From Candidatus Levyibacteriota bacterium (GTDB taxonomy: Bacteria; Patescibacteriota; Microgenomatia; Levybacterales; UBA12049), in the NCBI GenBank assembly GCA_043823085.1, contig JBDRBE010000004.1, positions 5,510 through 69,509 on the forward strand: a stretch of 64,000 nt of DNA, read 5' to 3'. Position 1 is the stretch's first letter, and each line of letters starts with the position of its first letter. This document shows, piece by piece, positions 1-9,132 of this stretch. The notes under the pieces are model-generated. The model was not told the origin of the DNA. It ran no database searches and worked only from the letters and a program-made list of their open reading frames with translations. A program made the position numbers and the translations under genes.

Positions 1-848
1 CTTTAAAAGAAGCAATAATGACAGATAGTGGTTTAAAACATATAATTCAATATTACACGCGGGAAGCCGGTGTTCGAAGTCTTGAACGTCAAATTGCGGC
101 AATCTTGCGAAAAATTGCAAAAAGAGTGGCAGAGGGTAAAAAGGGAAAAATTGAGATTACGTCAAAAAATGTGGCAAAGTTTTTGGGTCCGGAAAAATTC
201 GCTTCGACAATGCTTGAAAAGAAAGATGAAGTTGGTATGTCCACCGGTCTTGCCTGGACAGAAGCAGGTGGAGATATTTTGTTTATCGAAGTTGCCCTAA
301 TGCCCGGAAAAGGGAGTCTTTTGTTAACCGGTCAGCTTGGCGATGTAATGAAAGAATCATGTCAGGCCGCCATGTCTTATATTCGCGCAAGAGCAGGAGA
401 GCTTGGACTTTCGGAAAAGTTTTATCAAAAACTTGATGTTCATGTGCATGTTCCCGAAGGCGCAGTGCCAAAAGACGGACCGTCGGCCGGAATTGCCATT
501 ACAACAGCTATCGTATCTGCGCTGATAAAAATTCCGGCAAAAAGAACTATTGGAATGACCGGAGAAATTACGCTTCGGGGAAGAGTTTTGGAAATCGGCG
601 GAATTAAAGAAAAAGTAATTGCCGCCCATAGAGCGAAACTCAAGACAATTATAATGCCAAAGGAAAACAAGAAAGATTTAGAAGATGTGCCAAAAGAAGT
701 TTTACGCGATTTAAGATTCGTTTATGTTTCGCATATGGATGAGGTTTTAAAGGTTGCCCTTTCCAAGCCTTTGCCAAAAGTTTCCATTCAACCAATAATT
801 TCAGCCCGTCCCATTCTCCACGCCCCCCAACCCCCAAAAGCGGACTAA
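1..848 (+). CDS. lon: ATP-dependent Lon protease, C-terminal part (gene starts before the window)
   Basis: [21 protein letters not shown], catalytic Ser in [15 protein letters not shown], catalytic Lys in GGIKEK. The frame is open from position 3. Confidence 0.97.
   Translation, partial: LKEAIMTDSGLKHIIQYYTREAGVRSLERQIAAILRKIAKRVAEGKKGKIEITSKNVAKFLGPEKFASTMLEKKDEVGMSTGLAWTEAGGDILFIEVALMPGKGSLLLTGQLGDVMKESCQAAMSYIRARAGELGLSEKFYQKLDVHVHVPEGAVPKDGPSAGIAITTAIVSALIKIPAKRTIGMTGEITLRGRVLEIGGIKEKVIAAHRAKLKTIIMPKENKKDLEDVPKEVLRDLRFVYVSHMDEVLKVALSKPLPKVSIQPIISARPILHAPQPPKAD
816..848 (+). repeat. Direct repeat copy 1: 3' end of lon ([10 protein letters not shown])
   Basis: ctccacgcccc-ccaacccccaaaagcggactaa matches 1561-1602. 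Confidence 0.85.
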
Positions 849-869
849 GCCTTTAAATTAGTTTATTGC

Positions 870-1274
870 CTAAAATGATTTTTTGTAAACAATTTTTCCT
901 TTTTTAATTTTTATTAATCTGTTCGAAGTAACTCTTACGAGAGAATTTTTTACAAAATTTTCATTAATAATACCAAGAAGTTTTTTGCACACTTTGTTTA
1001 TGTTGTTGGGAGTTGCCGATCCAACAGAAATAACTATAACTCCTGGGTGTTTAGTCAAACTGACTTTTTCGTAATAAATAAAATCTCTGTCCAAAGTAAG
1101 AAGAACCCTATTTATCTTTTTACTTTTTTTCAGATGCAATTGGTCTGATTTCCCAACAAGCTTCTTATCATAAGCGTGAACTATTGAGAATCCGAGAAAT
1201 TTTAAATAGCTAACTGTAGGAATAGGGAAACATTCGTCGGCGTAGAGCTGTATACGGGATTTTTTAGAGGGCAT
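870..1274 (-). CDS. DUF5615 / PIN-like (VapC45-type) putative toxin
   Basis: N-terminal LYADEC, D..HL, RVLLTLDRDF and HPGVIVI motifs. It overlaps the upstream small gene by 11 nt. Confidence 0.8.
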   Translation of the reverse strand: MPSKKSRIQLYADECFPIPTVSYLKFLGFSIVHAYDKKLVGKSDQLHLKKSKKINRVLLTLDRDFIYYEKVSLTKHPGVIVISVGSATPNNINKVCKKLLGIINENFVKNSLVRVTSNRLIKIKKGKIVYKKSF

Positions 1275-1461
1275 AACGAGCAGTGAATTCTCGCGTTTTA
1301 ATTTCGTCCAGCGCTTTTTCGATGTCTTTTTTCTTTAGCCATGGATAAGATGCAAGGAAATCAGATATACTATATCCTTCCTTGATGTAATCTAAAAGAT
1401 ACGCAATTGGAATTTTGCTTTTTGGAACTAAGTTTGTTTTGATGCTTGTAGTTTTTTTCAT
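1264..1461 (-). CDS. DUF433-family putative antitoxin
   Basis: 65 aa with the IPIAYLLDYIKEGYSISDFLASYPWL...DIEKAL pattern, upstream of the PIN gene. Confidence 0.8.
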   Translation of the reverse strand: MKKTTSIKTNLVPKSKIPIAYLLDYIKEGYSISDFLASYPWLKKKDIEKALDEIKTREFTARYAL

Positions 1462-1560
1462 AAGTTACAAAAGATTATATCTAAATTATACACCATTTTT
1501 TTCGTTGGGGCAAAAATTGCTTGGTTTATAAGCCTTTTTATGTCTTGACAAATTTTCGTC

Positions 1561-1602
1561 CTCCACGCCCCTGAACTTTCCCAGCCCCCAAAAGCGGATT
1601 AA
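1561..1602 (+). repeat. Direct repeat copy 2 of the lon 3' end (LHAPELSQPPKAD*), att-like scar
   Basis: ctccacgcccc-tgaactttc-ccagcccccaaaagcggattaa has 9 extra nt and 2 substitutions relative to 816-848. Confidence 0.85.
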
Positions 1603-1646
1603 AACCATTCTCTGGGTAATATAAATGTGATATTATCTATTTTAGA

Positions 1647-2438
1647 ATGGATTTGTTTTTGTTAAAGCTTTTCATTTCTTTTGTCTCAGGGGGATTATGG
1701 GTATTGTTTACAACAATCCTGGCCGATAAATTTGGGACCAAAATTGGAGGTTTAGTAAACGGGATGCCATCAACATTATTATTCGGTCTTCTTTTTATTG
1801 CCTGGACACAATCGCCCCAAACTTCTGTTAATGCCACTACTATTGTTCCAGCGATTGGAGGAATAAATATGTTGTTTATGGCATCTTATATTTATTTTGT
1901 AAGAATTAATTTTTCGTTATCTTTAATGTTTTCTGTTTTTTTATGGATGATTTTTTCATTTCTCTTTTTGCTAATTCATCTCAATAATTTTATTGTTTCT
2001 ATTTTAATCTATGTTATTTTATTGCTTTTATCTTATTTATTAGTAGAGCATATACTTAAAACGAAATCTATAGAAGGTAAAAAAATAAAATATAGTTTTA
2101 ATCTTCTTTTATCCAGGGGAATACTTAGTGGTTTTATTATCGCTTTCGCAGTTCTTGTTGCAAAAATTGGTGGTCCAATCATGGGTGGGATTTTTTCTAT
2201 GTTTCCTGCAGCCACGGTTAGTACAATTCTAATTACTCATCGTGCACATGGCTCTGAGTTTTCTTCTGGGGTAGTAAAGAGTATATTGTTGGGGTCGGTG
2301 GGAGCGATAATGTATGGCCTACTTGTTAGATATACATATCTTTCTATCGGTGTTTTCCTAGGAACGCTAGTTTCGATGTTAGGAGCTTATCTTAGCGGAT
2401 ACCTAGTTTATTATCTAGTAATTAAAAAAATTAGATAA
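1647..2438 (+). CDS. Multi-pass membrane protein (DUF3147-like, internally duplicated)
   Basis: About 8 TM segments. The two halves carry similar motifs, GTKIGGLVNGMP and GPIMGGIFSMFP. Confidence 0.7.
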   Translation: MDLFLLKLFISFVSGGLWVLFTTILADKFGTKIGGLVNGMPSTLLFGLLFIAWTQSPQTSVNATTIVPAIGGINMLFMASYIYFVRINFSLSLMFSVFLWMIFSFLFLLIHLNNFIVSILIYVILLLLSYLLVEHILKTKSIEGKKIKYSFNLLLSRGILSGFIIAFAVLVAKIGGPIMGGIFSMFPAATVSTILITHRAHGSEFSSGVVKSILLGSVGAIMYGLLVRYTYLSIGVFLGTLVSMLGAYLSGYLVYYLVIKKIR

Positions 2439-2442
2439 CTAC

Positions 2443-2458
2443 TACCGCCAGCGGGAGT
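2443..2458 (-). repeat. 16-bp inverted copy of the tRNA-Glu 3' end
   Basis: taccgccagcgggagt is the exact reverse complement of 3135-3150 (actcccgctggcggta). Confidence 0.9.
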
Positions 2459-2499
2459 TTTGTTTCAAGTTGTTTTAAGGACTGTCCTTTAAAAGGTTG

Positions 2500-3012
2500 C
2501 TAGGACAATGTAATCCAGTAACGGCGTTTTTGGGGTTTGCCTTTTTCAGCGTCAATAATATTTTCCAAAATCCCTCCGTTTGACTCAATAATTTTACAAG
2601 AGGCAAGATTATTATCGTCGCAAGTAACGAGAATTTTTGATAAGCCTAATTTTTTTGCTTCAAGCAATGCCAATTCCAATATCTTTTTTCCATAACCCAT
2701 TTTTCTTTTTGAAGGACGAATATAATAACCAATATGGCCGCCTATCTTAAATAAATGCTCGGTTAGTGAGTGGCGGATAGAAACACGCCCGATAAATTCT
2801 TTGCAATCAGTAAGCCATAATTCTGTCGCAGGCACCCAATTTTCCGGCAAGTTTAGTCCTTTTGCTTCTTCGCGTTTGTTTTTTACAAATTCTTGGAAAG
2901 ATTGATTTGCTTTTGGTCTGCTAAGTACAGTATCCCCAGTTTCATCTTTTATTTCCTCAAGCGCTTCAAGATAACTTTCTTTATATTTTACCAATGGCCT
3001 GACCAATTTCAT
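2500..3012 (-). CDS. GNAT-family acetyltransferase
   Basis: IGRVSIRH, GGHIGYYIRPSKRKMGYG, VTCDDNNLAS..IIESNGG. Start moved to ATG 3012 because the longer ORF runs into the tRNA and a TGnTATAAT lies just upstream. Confidence 0.9.
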   Translation of the reverse strand: MKLVRPLVKYKESYLEALEEIKDETGDTVLSRPKANQSFQEFVKNKREEAKGLNLPENWVPATELWLTDCKEFIGRVSIRHSLTEHLFKIGGHIGYYIRPSKRKMGYGKKILELALLEAKKLGLSKILVTCDDNNLASCKIIESNGGILENIIDAEKGKPQKRRYWITLS

Positions 3013-3018
3013 AAACTG

Positions 3019-3027
3019 ATTATAGCA
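3019..3027 (-). promoter_or_regulatory. Extended -10 promoter (TGCTATAAT), likely leaderless, for the GNAT gene
   Basis: Perfect TGnTATAAT on the minus strand, 6 nt before ATG 3012. Confidence 0.6.
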
Positions 3028-3076
3028 TTGCGAAGTTGCTTGTTCCAGATTTGAATTTAAGGTAAAATATAGATGC

Positions 3077-3150
3077 GCCGCCATCGTCTAGTGGCCTAGG
3101 ACGTCACGTTCTCAACGTGAAGATCGCGGGTTCGACTCCCGCTGGCGGTA
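3077..3150 (+). tRNA. tRNA-Glu (anticodon CTC), CCA not encoded
   Basis: Acceptor GCCGCCA/TGGCGGT plus discriminator A; D arm GTCTAGTGGCCTAGGAC; anticodon stem TCACG/CGTGA with loop TTCTCAA; T arm GCGGG-TTCGACT-CCCGC. Confidence 0.96.
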
Positions 3151-3263
3151 CTACAATTTTTCCGATACCTCTTATTGAAAAAATAGTTTATTGATTGTAT
3201 GCTTAAATATTTTCAAGAGTGAGATTAATTGTGTCTTGTTGATATTTCTAGTATAATTTTTGT

Positions 3264-4028
3264 GTGAATAAAATTTATCTCTCTATTGTTATTCCTTGCT
3301 TTGATGAAATGACAAATCTTCAAAAAGGAGTTTTGGATAAGGTTGAGCACTTTTTGAATAAAAAGAATTATCTTTGGGAAGTTATTGTAGTTGATGATGG
3401 TTCAAAAGACGGGAGTATTGATTTTTTAGAACAATTTATCAGGGAAAATCCAAAGTTTAGAATGATGAAAAATTCTCATCTTGGGAAAGCGGGAGCTGTA
3501 ACAGCCGGGGTTTTGGATTCGAAAGGGGAATATATTCTTTTTACAGATATGGATCAGGCTACTCCAATTGAAGAAGTTGAAAAGCTTTTGCCATATTTCG
3601 ATGAAAAAAATGGGAATTTTGATGTGGTAATTGGATCAAGAGATACAAAGCGTAAAGGTTCACCATTAACACGTCTTATTATTTCAAGGGCGGCCATTAT
3701 ATTAAGGAAACTTCTTATTGGAATGAATGAGATCTCAGATACCCAGTGTGGTTTTAAGGCGTTTAAAAATGATGTTGCAAAGCAATTATTTACAAAAGTC
3801 AAAAATTTGCACAATGGATTTAGAAAGATATCAGGATCAGCTGTAACTGCAGGATTTGATATTGAGCTTTTATATCTTTCGGAAAAGCTAGGTTATAAAA
3901 TCAAAGAAGCTCCGGTTAATTGGCTATATGTGGAAACAAGGAGGGTAAATCCAATTAAAGATTCAATAGAGGGGTTAGTTGATTTAATCAGGATAAAGAT
4001 AAACGATATTAGAGGAATTTATAAGTGA
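3264..4028 (+). CDS. GT2 polyprenyl-phosphate glycosyltransferase (Dol-P-Glc synthase/Alg5-like)
   Basis: SIVIPCFDE, VDDGSKD, HLGKAGAV, FTDMDQATP, DTQCGFKAF, GFDIELL. GTG start with TATAAT 6 nt upstream. Confidence 0.9.
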   Translation: MNKIYLSIVIPCFDEMTNLQKGVLDKVEHFLNKKNYLWEVIVVDDGSKDGSIDFLEQFIRENPKFRMMKNSHLGKAGAVTAGVLDSKGEYILFTDMDQATPIEEVEKLLPYFDEKNGNFDVVIGSRDTKRKGSPLTRLIISRAAIILRKLLIGMNEISDTQCGFKAFKNDVAKQLFTKVKNLHNGFRKISGSAVTAGFDIELLYLSEKLGYKIKEAPVNWLYVETRRVNPIKDSIEGLVDLIRIKINDIRGIYK

Positions 4029-5197
4029 AGGTAAAATTGTTATTAATTGGTTATTTAATAGTTATTGTTGGATTATTTTTTTATTCTTTTACCCAGGTTG
4101 ATCTTGGTTTAACATTGACACGCTGGTCTCCTTGGCAAGTGGCGCAGAAATTTTTTCAAAGCATCGGTTATTTCAATAGGCCTTTGTCGGCAGTTTTATA
4201 TATTGCCATCGTTTTCCTTCTTTTTCTTTTTTATCTTTTGTTTTTATGGCTTTCTGTCAAGAAAAAAATAGCCAAAAAAGAGATTTGGACAGTAATAATT
4301 ATCACAAGTGTTATCTTAGGTTTTTCCTATAATGCTTTCTCCTATGATTTATTTAATTATATTTTTGACGCAAAAATTGTAACTTTTTATCATCAAAATC
4401 CATATTTGCATAAAGCTCTTGATTATCAGGGAGATGCGATGCTTTCTTTTATGCATTGGACGCACAGAGTCTACCCCTACGGGCCCGTTTGGTTAGGATT
4501 AACTGCTCCTTTATCGTTTTTAGGACTTCAGTTTTTTTTGCCTACGTTCTTTTTATTTAAATTCCTTTCAGTTGCTTCATTTCTGGGAACGGCTTTTTAT
4601 ATTTCGAAAATTTTAAAAAAAATATCTGCGGAAAACGAGCTTCACGGTATAGTCTTTTTTGCCCTTAATCCGCTGGTTATAATTGAAAGTCTAGTATCTG
4701 GCCATAATGATACTGCGATGATGTTTTTGTCAATAATGGCATTATATCTAATTATGAACATGAAATATTTTCGTTCAATTTTAGTACTCGGATTATCAAT
4801 CGGAGTTAAATTCGCTACGATTTTCCTAGTTCCTATTTTTATACTATTATTTTTATCTAAAAAGATAAAAAAAGAAATTAGCTGGCGGCAAGTGTCATTC
4901 TTGTTAATTGTTCTAATGATTATTCCAGTTTTTATTGCATCGCTACGGACAAATTTTCAGCCATGGTATTTACTTTATGTACTGCCTTTTGCCTCATTGC
5001 TTTCGAAAAAGTATTTTATTTTGATTCCGTCAATTATAATATCTTTCTTTTCTCTTTTAATGTACGTACCTTTTTTGTATTCAGGCAATTGGAATCCTCC
5101 TGTTCCCACGATATTATTCTGGATAGTATTGAGTTCAATCATTGTTTCTCTTTTTATTACCTCTATTTACTCTCTTGCCGCAAATAGAGTAAAATAA
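4025..5197 (+). CDS. GT-C membrane glycosyltransferase, MptA/MptB-like (paralog of 43458)
   Basis: Multi-TM; SYDLFNYI, NPY, YPYGPVW, LNPLVIIE, SGHND, QPWY. Confidence 0.75.
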   Translation: MKVKLLLIGYLIVIVGLFFYSFTQVDLGLTLTRWSPWQVAQKFFQSIGYFNRPLSAVLYIAIVFLLFLFYLLFLWLSVKKKIAKKEIWTVIIITSVILGFSYNAFSYDLFNYIFDAKIVTFYHQNPYLHKALDYQGDAMLSFMHWTHRVYPYGPVWLGLTAPLSFLGLQFFLPTFFLFKFLSVASFLGTAFYISKILKKISAENELHGIVFFALNPLVIIESLVSGHNDTAMMFLSIMALYLIMNMKYFRSILVLGLSIGVKFATIFLVPIFILLFLSKKIKKEISWRQVSFLLIVLMIIPVFIASLRTNFQPWYLLYVLPFASLLSKKYFILIPSIIISFFSLLMYVPFLYSGNWNPPVPTILFWIVLSSIIVSLFITSIYSLAANRVK

Positions 5198-5203
5198 ATT
5201 AAA

Positions 5204-6727
5204 ATGAATTTAAATTTTTTCAAAAAATATCGCATAGAAATAATTCTTTTTATTATAGCTTCCTTTCTTTTTTTCGCCTCTAGACTTTTTAAGCTTGATT
5301 CTTTACCAATTTTTACAGATGAAGCAATTTATCTCCGCTGGTCGCAAATTGCAAAGCAGGATGCCGCTTGGAGATTTATTTCTTTAACCGACGGTAAACA
5401 ACCGTTTTTTATTTGGCTTTCGATGATTTTTATGCGTTTTATAAAAGATCCGCTGATTGCGGGAAGAATGGTCTCTGTAATGGCCGGATTTTTCTCAATG
5501 ATCGGTCTTTTCTTTTTAGGCAGAGAAATTTTTAAAAACAGATGGGTTGGGATTATTTCTTCCTTTCTCTATGTCATTCTTCCTTTTTCTTTGGTCTATG
5601 ATCGCATGGCGCTTTATGATAGTCTTGTTGGGACTTTTGCCGTTTGGGGTTTATATTTTGAAATCTTACTAATCAGAAAACTTCGTTTTGATTTAGCTCT
5701 TATTCTCGGAATGATTTTGGGAGGAGCGGTTTTAACAAAAACTTCAGGATTTTTTGGAATTTATCTTCTTCCTTTTTCACTCTTGCTATTTAACTTCTCC
5801 AAGAAAGATAATCTTAGTAAGTTTCTCAAGTGGATTGTTTTGGCTATTATTGTTGTAATTTTTGTTTATGTTTATTATTCGGTTCTAAGACTTTCTCCGT
5901 TCTTCCATATAATTGATGAAAAAAATGCAATTTTTGTTTATCCTTTTAAAGACTGGTTAGCGCACCCATTTAATTATTTGTGGGGGAATTTAGTTGGTCT
6001 TTGGGATTGGTTTATTACTTATTTAACTTGGCCTATTTTTGCTCTTATCATTATTTCTTTATTTTTTTACCGTTCTTATTTTAGAGAAAAATTATTATTG
6101 TTGGTTTGGTTTTTGGCGCCCTTTTTTGCATTAGCGCTTTTTGGCAGAACTCTTTATCCCCGCTTTATCTTTTTTATGGTTCTTTCTCTTTTGCCTCTGG
6201 TTGCTCTTTCAATTTATCACGTGAGCCAATTAATCAAGAATCGTTTAATTTTTGTTATTTTTATTTTGTTAATTGGCGTATTTTCTCTTTATTCTGGTTT
6301 TTATATTCTAACAGATTTTTCAAAAGCGCCGATTCCAAATGCAGATAGAACGCAATATTTTAGCGGATGGTCTTCCGGTGTCGGCGTAAAAGAAGCGGTA
6401 GCCTACTTTAAAGACGAGGCAAAAAAGGGCCCAATCTATATTGCAACGCAAGGGACTTTTGGTTTAATGCCATATTCGCTTGAGATTTATCTTGATGAAA
6501 ATACAAATGTAAAAATTACAAGTTTTTGGCCGATTCCCGATAATATTCCAAAGGAATATTTGGATGCAAGTAAAAAGATGCCAACGTATCTTGTTTTTTA
6601 CCAGCCCTGCTATTCTTGCATGGGGACTGGTCTTGCTCCAGCGATCTGGCCGCTTGAAGAGATAATTAAAATTAATAAAGTAGAGCCAGGAATTTATTTT
6701 AGTGTTTATAAAGTGACGCCAAGATGA
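5204..6727 (+). CDS. GT-C PMT/ArnT-like (GT39/83) membrane glycosyltransferase
   Basis: R..KLDSLPIFTDEAIY after TM1, KQP, GR..S, R.ALYD, LTK, PRF; many TMs. Confidence 0.8.
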   Translation: MNLNFFKKYRIEIILFIIASFLFFASRLFKLDSLPIFTDEAIYLRWSQIAKQDAAWRFISLTDGKQPFFIWLSMIFMRFIKDPLIAGRMVSVMAGFFSMIGLFFLGREIFKNRWVGIISSFLYVILPFSLVYDRMALYDSLVGTFAVWGLYFEILLIRKLRFDLALILGMILGGAVLTKTSGFFGIYLLPFSLLLFNFSKKDNLSKFLKWIVLAIIVVIFVYVYYSVLRLSPFFHIIDEKNAIFVYPFKDWLAHPFNYLWGNLVGLWDWFITYLTWPIFALIIISLFFYRSYFREKLLLLVWFLAPFFALALFGRTLYPRFIFFMVLSLLPLVALSIYHVSQLIKNRLIFVIFILLIGVFSLYSGFYILTDFSKAPIPNADRTQYFSGWSSGVGVKEAVAYFKDEAKKGPIYIATQGTFGLMPYSLEIYLDENTNVKITSFWPIPDNIPKEYLDASKKMPTYLVFYQPCYSCMGTGLAPAIWPLEEIIKINKVEPGIYFSVYKVTPR

Positions 6728-9132
6728 GAAAAGAATTTTTCTGGGCGTTTTTATTTTTTATCATCGTTTCTCTGTTTTTTTTCTATCCTCTGTTTGGGGG
6801 ATTTATTCCTTTCCCGGGAGATAATTTAGTTGGTAATTTTGGTCCTTACGATTCATTATCTTATGGTAAATATGGTCCTGGGGCGGTTCCAAATCTTGCC
6901 CAAGGACCCGATGTTATCCGGGAACTTTTTCCTTGGAAAAATTTTGTTATCGAAAGTTTCAAGCAATTTCAAATTCCTTTTTGGAATCCGTATAATTTTT
7001 CAGGTAACCCCTTAATGGCCAATTTTCAAAGCGGTGCGTTTTATCCTCTTAATTTGGTTTTTTTAATATTCAATTTTTTAAACGGCTGGTCGATTTTTAT
7101 TCTTCTTATCCCAGTTTTGGCTGGTATTTTTACTTATCTTTTTCTTCGGGAACTTAGCCTTTTAAAGTTAGCGAGTGTTTTTGGAGGAATTGTTTTTGCC
7201 TTTTCTTCCTACATGGTTGTGTGGATGGAATATGGTAACGTTGGACATACATTTCTTTGGCTGCCTCTTGGTCTCTTTTTTACAGAAAAGTTAATAAAAA
7301 AAACCAATTATAAATATATTTTCTTTTTAGTCATGGTTTTATTTTTTGCTCTTCTTGCCGGTTATATTCAAGGATATATTTATTCAATCGCAATAGTTAT
7401 TTTTTATTATCTTCTAAAAAATATTTTAGCAAGAAAATTTTCTTTCAAAAAAACCATTTTGTTTTTGACAAGCGTTTTAATTTTTCCATTGGGATTAGCA
7501 TTGTTTCAAATTTTACCAACTCTTGAATTGTTTTCTAATTCTTCAAGAGGAAGTTATAGCTTTGAACAGACTATCAAAATCTTAAATCCATTTTGGTATT
7601 TTATTACGACAGTTGCTCCTGATTTTTTTGGTAATCCGGCAACGAGAAATCACTGGTTTTTGGGAACATATATAGAAAAGGTGTCCTATTTCGGCCTTAT
7701 TCCTTTGATATTGGCAATAAGCGCGGTTTTCAATTTTAAAAAAAGAAAAGAGATTGCCATTTTTGGAGCATTACTTATTTTAAGTTTTATTTTGGCAACA
7801 GATTTATTTTTCAACCGAATCGTTTATCTTTTTCCAATTCCAATAATTTCTACAATGGTTCAAACGAGAATTTTAAGCATTTTTGTTTTTTCCGGGAGTA
7901 TTCTTTCTGCTTTCGGGTTTAATTTTTTTCTAAAAAAAGATAACAAAAAAGGTCTTTGTTTATCATTTACTTTAATTTCAGTCTTAATTTTTATCGCATG
8001 GGTTTTTGTATTCTTAATGCCAAAAATTTTTCCCCAAGAAAATTGGACTCAAAATTTAGCAGTTGCCAAAAGAAATCTTATTTTACCTTCAATTTTTCTT
8101 CTTTGTTTTTTAATTCTGTCAGTAAGCTACTTGAAGATATTCAAGAAGTCGTATCTTATCAAAATAATAATTATTTTGATATTTTTACTGACTTTGTTTG
8201 ATCTTTTCCGTTTCTTTCAAAAAATTACGCCTTTTTCGCCAAAAGATTATGTTTATCCAAGTACACCGGTCATAGATTATCTAAAGAAAAATGGTTCACT
8301 TTATCGTTTCTGGGGTTATGGCAGCGGTTATGTTGACAGTAATTTCCAAACATATGATCACACCTTTTCACCGGAGGGGAATGATCCGATTCATATTAAA
8401 AACTATACGGAATTTTTATCTTCGTCCAAAGATGGAACTCTACCTTCTATTCTTCCTCGCCCCGATGCAAATATCGCATCGGGTTTTAGTCAGACAGACC
8501 TCAATGATAATAATTTTCGGCAGAAAGTTTTAAATATTTTGGGAGTGAAATATATTTTAAATAAAAGCAATCTATTATCAAATAATTTTCAACCCGATAA
8601 CATAACTTTTCCGCAAACAAAATATAAACTAATTTGGCAAAATGCCCCCTGGCAAATTTATGAAAATTTAAAAGTAGTTCCGCGTGTTTTTTTGACAACG
8701 AATTATATTGTTGTGCAGGACAAAAAAGAAATCCTTAAGAAATTCTATTCCAAAGATTTTGATGAATCAAAGAAAATTATTCTGAATGAAGACCCTCGTT
8801 TATTAATTAATAATAACTCGCTCTCAAAAGCTGCGATTATTTCTTACGAGCCAAACAAAGTTGTTGTCCAAACAAGCTCCAATAGTAACGCTTTGCTTTT
8901 TCTTTCCGATACTTATTACATATCATGGAAAGCAAAAGTTGATGAAAATGCAACCAAAGTTTATTTAGCAGATTATACTTTTAGAGCAGTTGCTGTTCCA
9001 AAAGGAGAACACAAAGTAACTTTTTATTTTGAATCAGACTCGTTTAAAAAAGGGTTAGTTTTATCCGGCATAATTTTTATTCTTTTTATAACTTTTATAA
9101 TCTTTATAAAGAGGCAAAAAAATTATGAATAA
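6724..9132 (+). CDS. YfhO-like GT-C membrane protein
   Basis: IPFWNPYNFSGNPLMANFQSGAFYPLN, PDFFGNP, LGVKY, and a C-terminal LSDTYY..WKAKVD...FRAVAVPKGEHKV domain. Confidence 0.85.
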   Translation: MRKEFFWAFLFFIIVSLFFFYPLFGGFIPFPGDNLVGNFGPYDSLSYGKYGPGAVPNLAQGPDVIRELFPWKNFVIESFKQFQIPFWNPYNFSGNPLMANFQSGAFYPLNLVFLIFNFLNGWSIFILLIPVLAGIFTYLFLRELSLLKLASVFGGIVFAFSSYMVVWMEYGNVGHTFLWLPLGLFFTEKLIKKTNYKYIFFLVMVLFFALLAGYIQGYIYSIAIVIFYYLLKNILARKFSFKKTILFLTSVLIFPLGLALFQILPTLELFSNSSRGSYSFEQTIKILNPFWYFITTVAPDFFGNPATRNHWFLGTYIEKVSYFGLIPLILAISAVFNFKKRKEIAIFGALLILSFILATDLFFNRIVYLFPIPIISTMVQTRILSIFVFSGSILSAFGFNFFLKKDNKKGLCLSFTLISVLIFIAWVFVFLMPKIFPQENWTQNLAVAKRNLILPSIFLLCFLILSVSYLKIFKKSYLIKIIIILIFLLTLFDLFRFFQKITPFSPKDYVYPSTPVIDYLKKNGSLYRFWGYGSGYVDSNFQTYDHTFSPEGNDPIHIKNYTEFLSSSKDGTLPSILPRPDANIASGFSQTDLNDNNFRQKVLNILGVKYILNKSNLLSNNFQPDNITFPQTKYKLIWQNAPWQIYENLKVVPRVFLTTNYIVVQDKKEILKKFYSKDFDESKKIILNEDPRLLINNNSLSKAAIISYEPNKVVVQTSSNSNALLFLSDTYYISWKAKVDENATKVYLADYTFRAVAVPKGEHKVTFYFESDSFKKGLVLSGIIFILFITFIIFIKRQKNYE

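Noticed and set aside
1545-1550. Perfect TTGACA -35 box
   Set aside because: No -10 element at 16-18 nt spacing; that position falls in the lon-end repeat.
3013-3084. N-terminal extension of the GNAT ORF to 3084
   Set aside because: It overlaps the tRNA-Glu 5' end and the promoter; ATG 3012 fits better.
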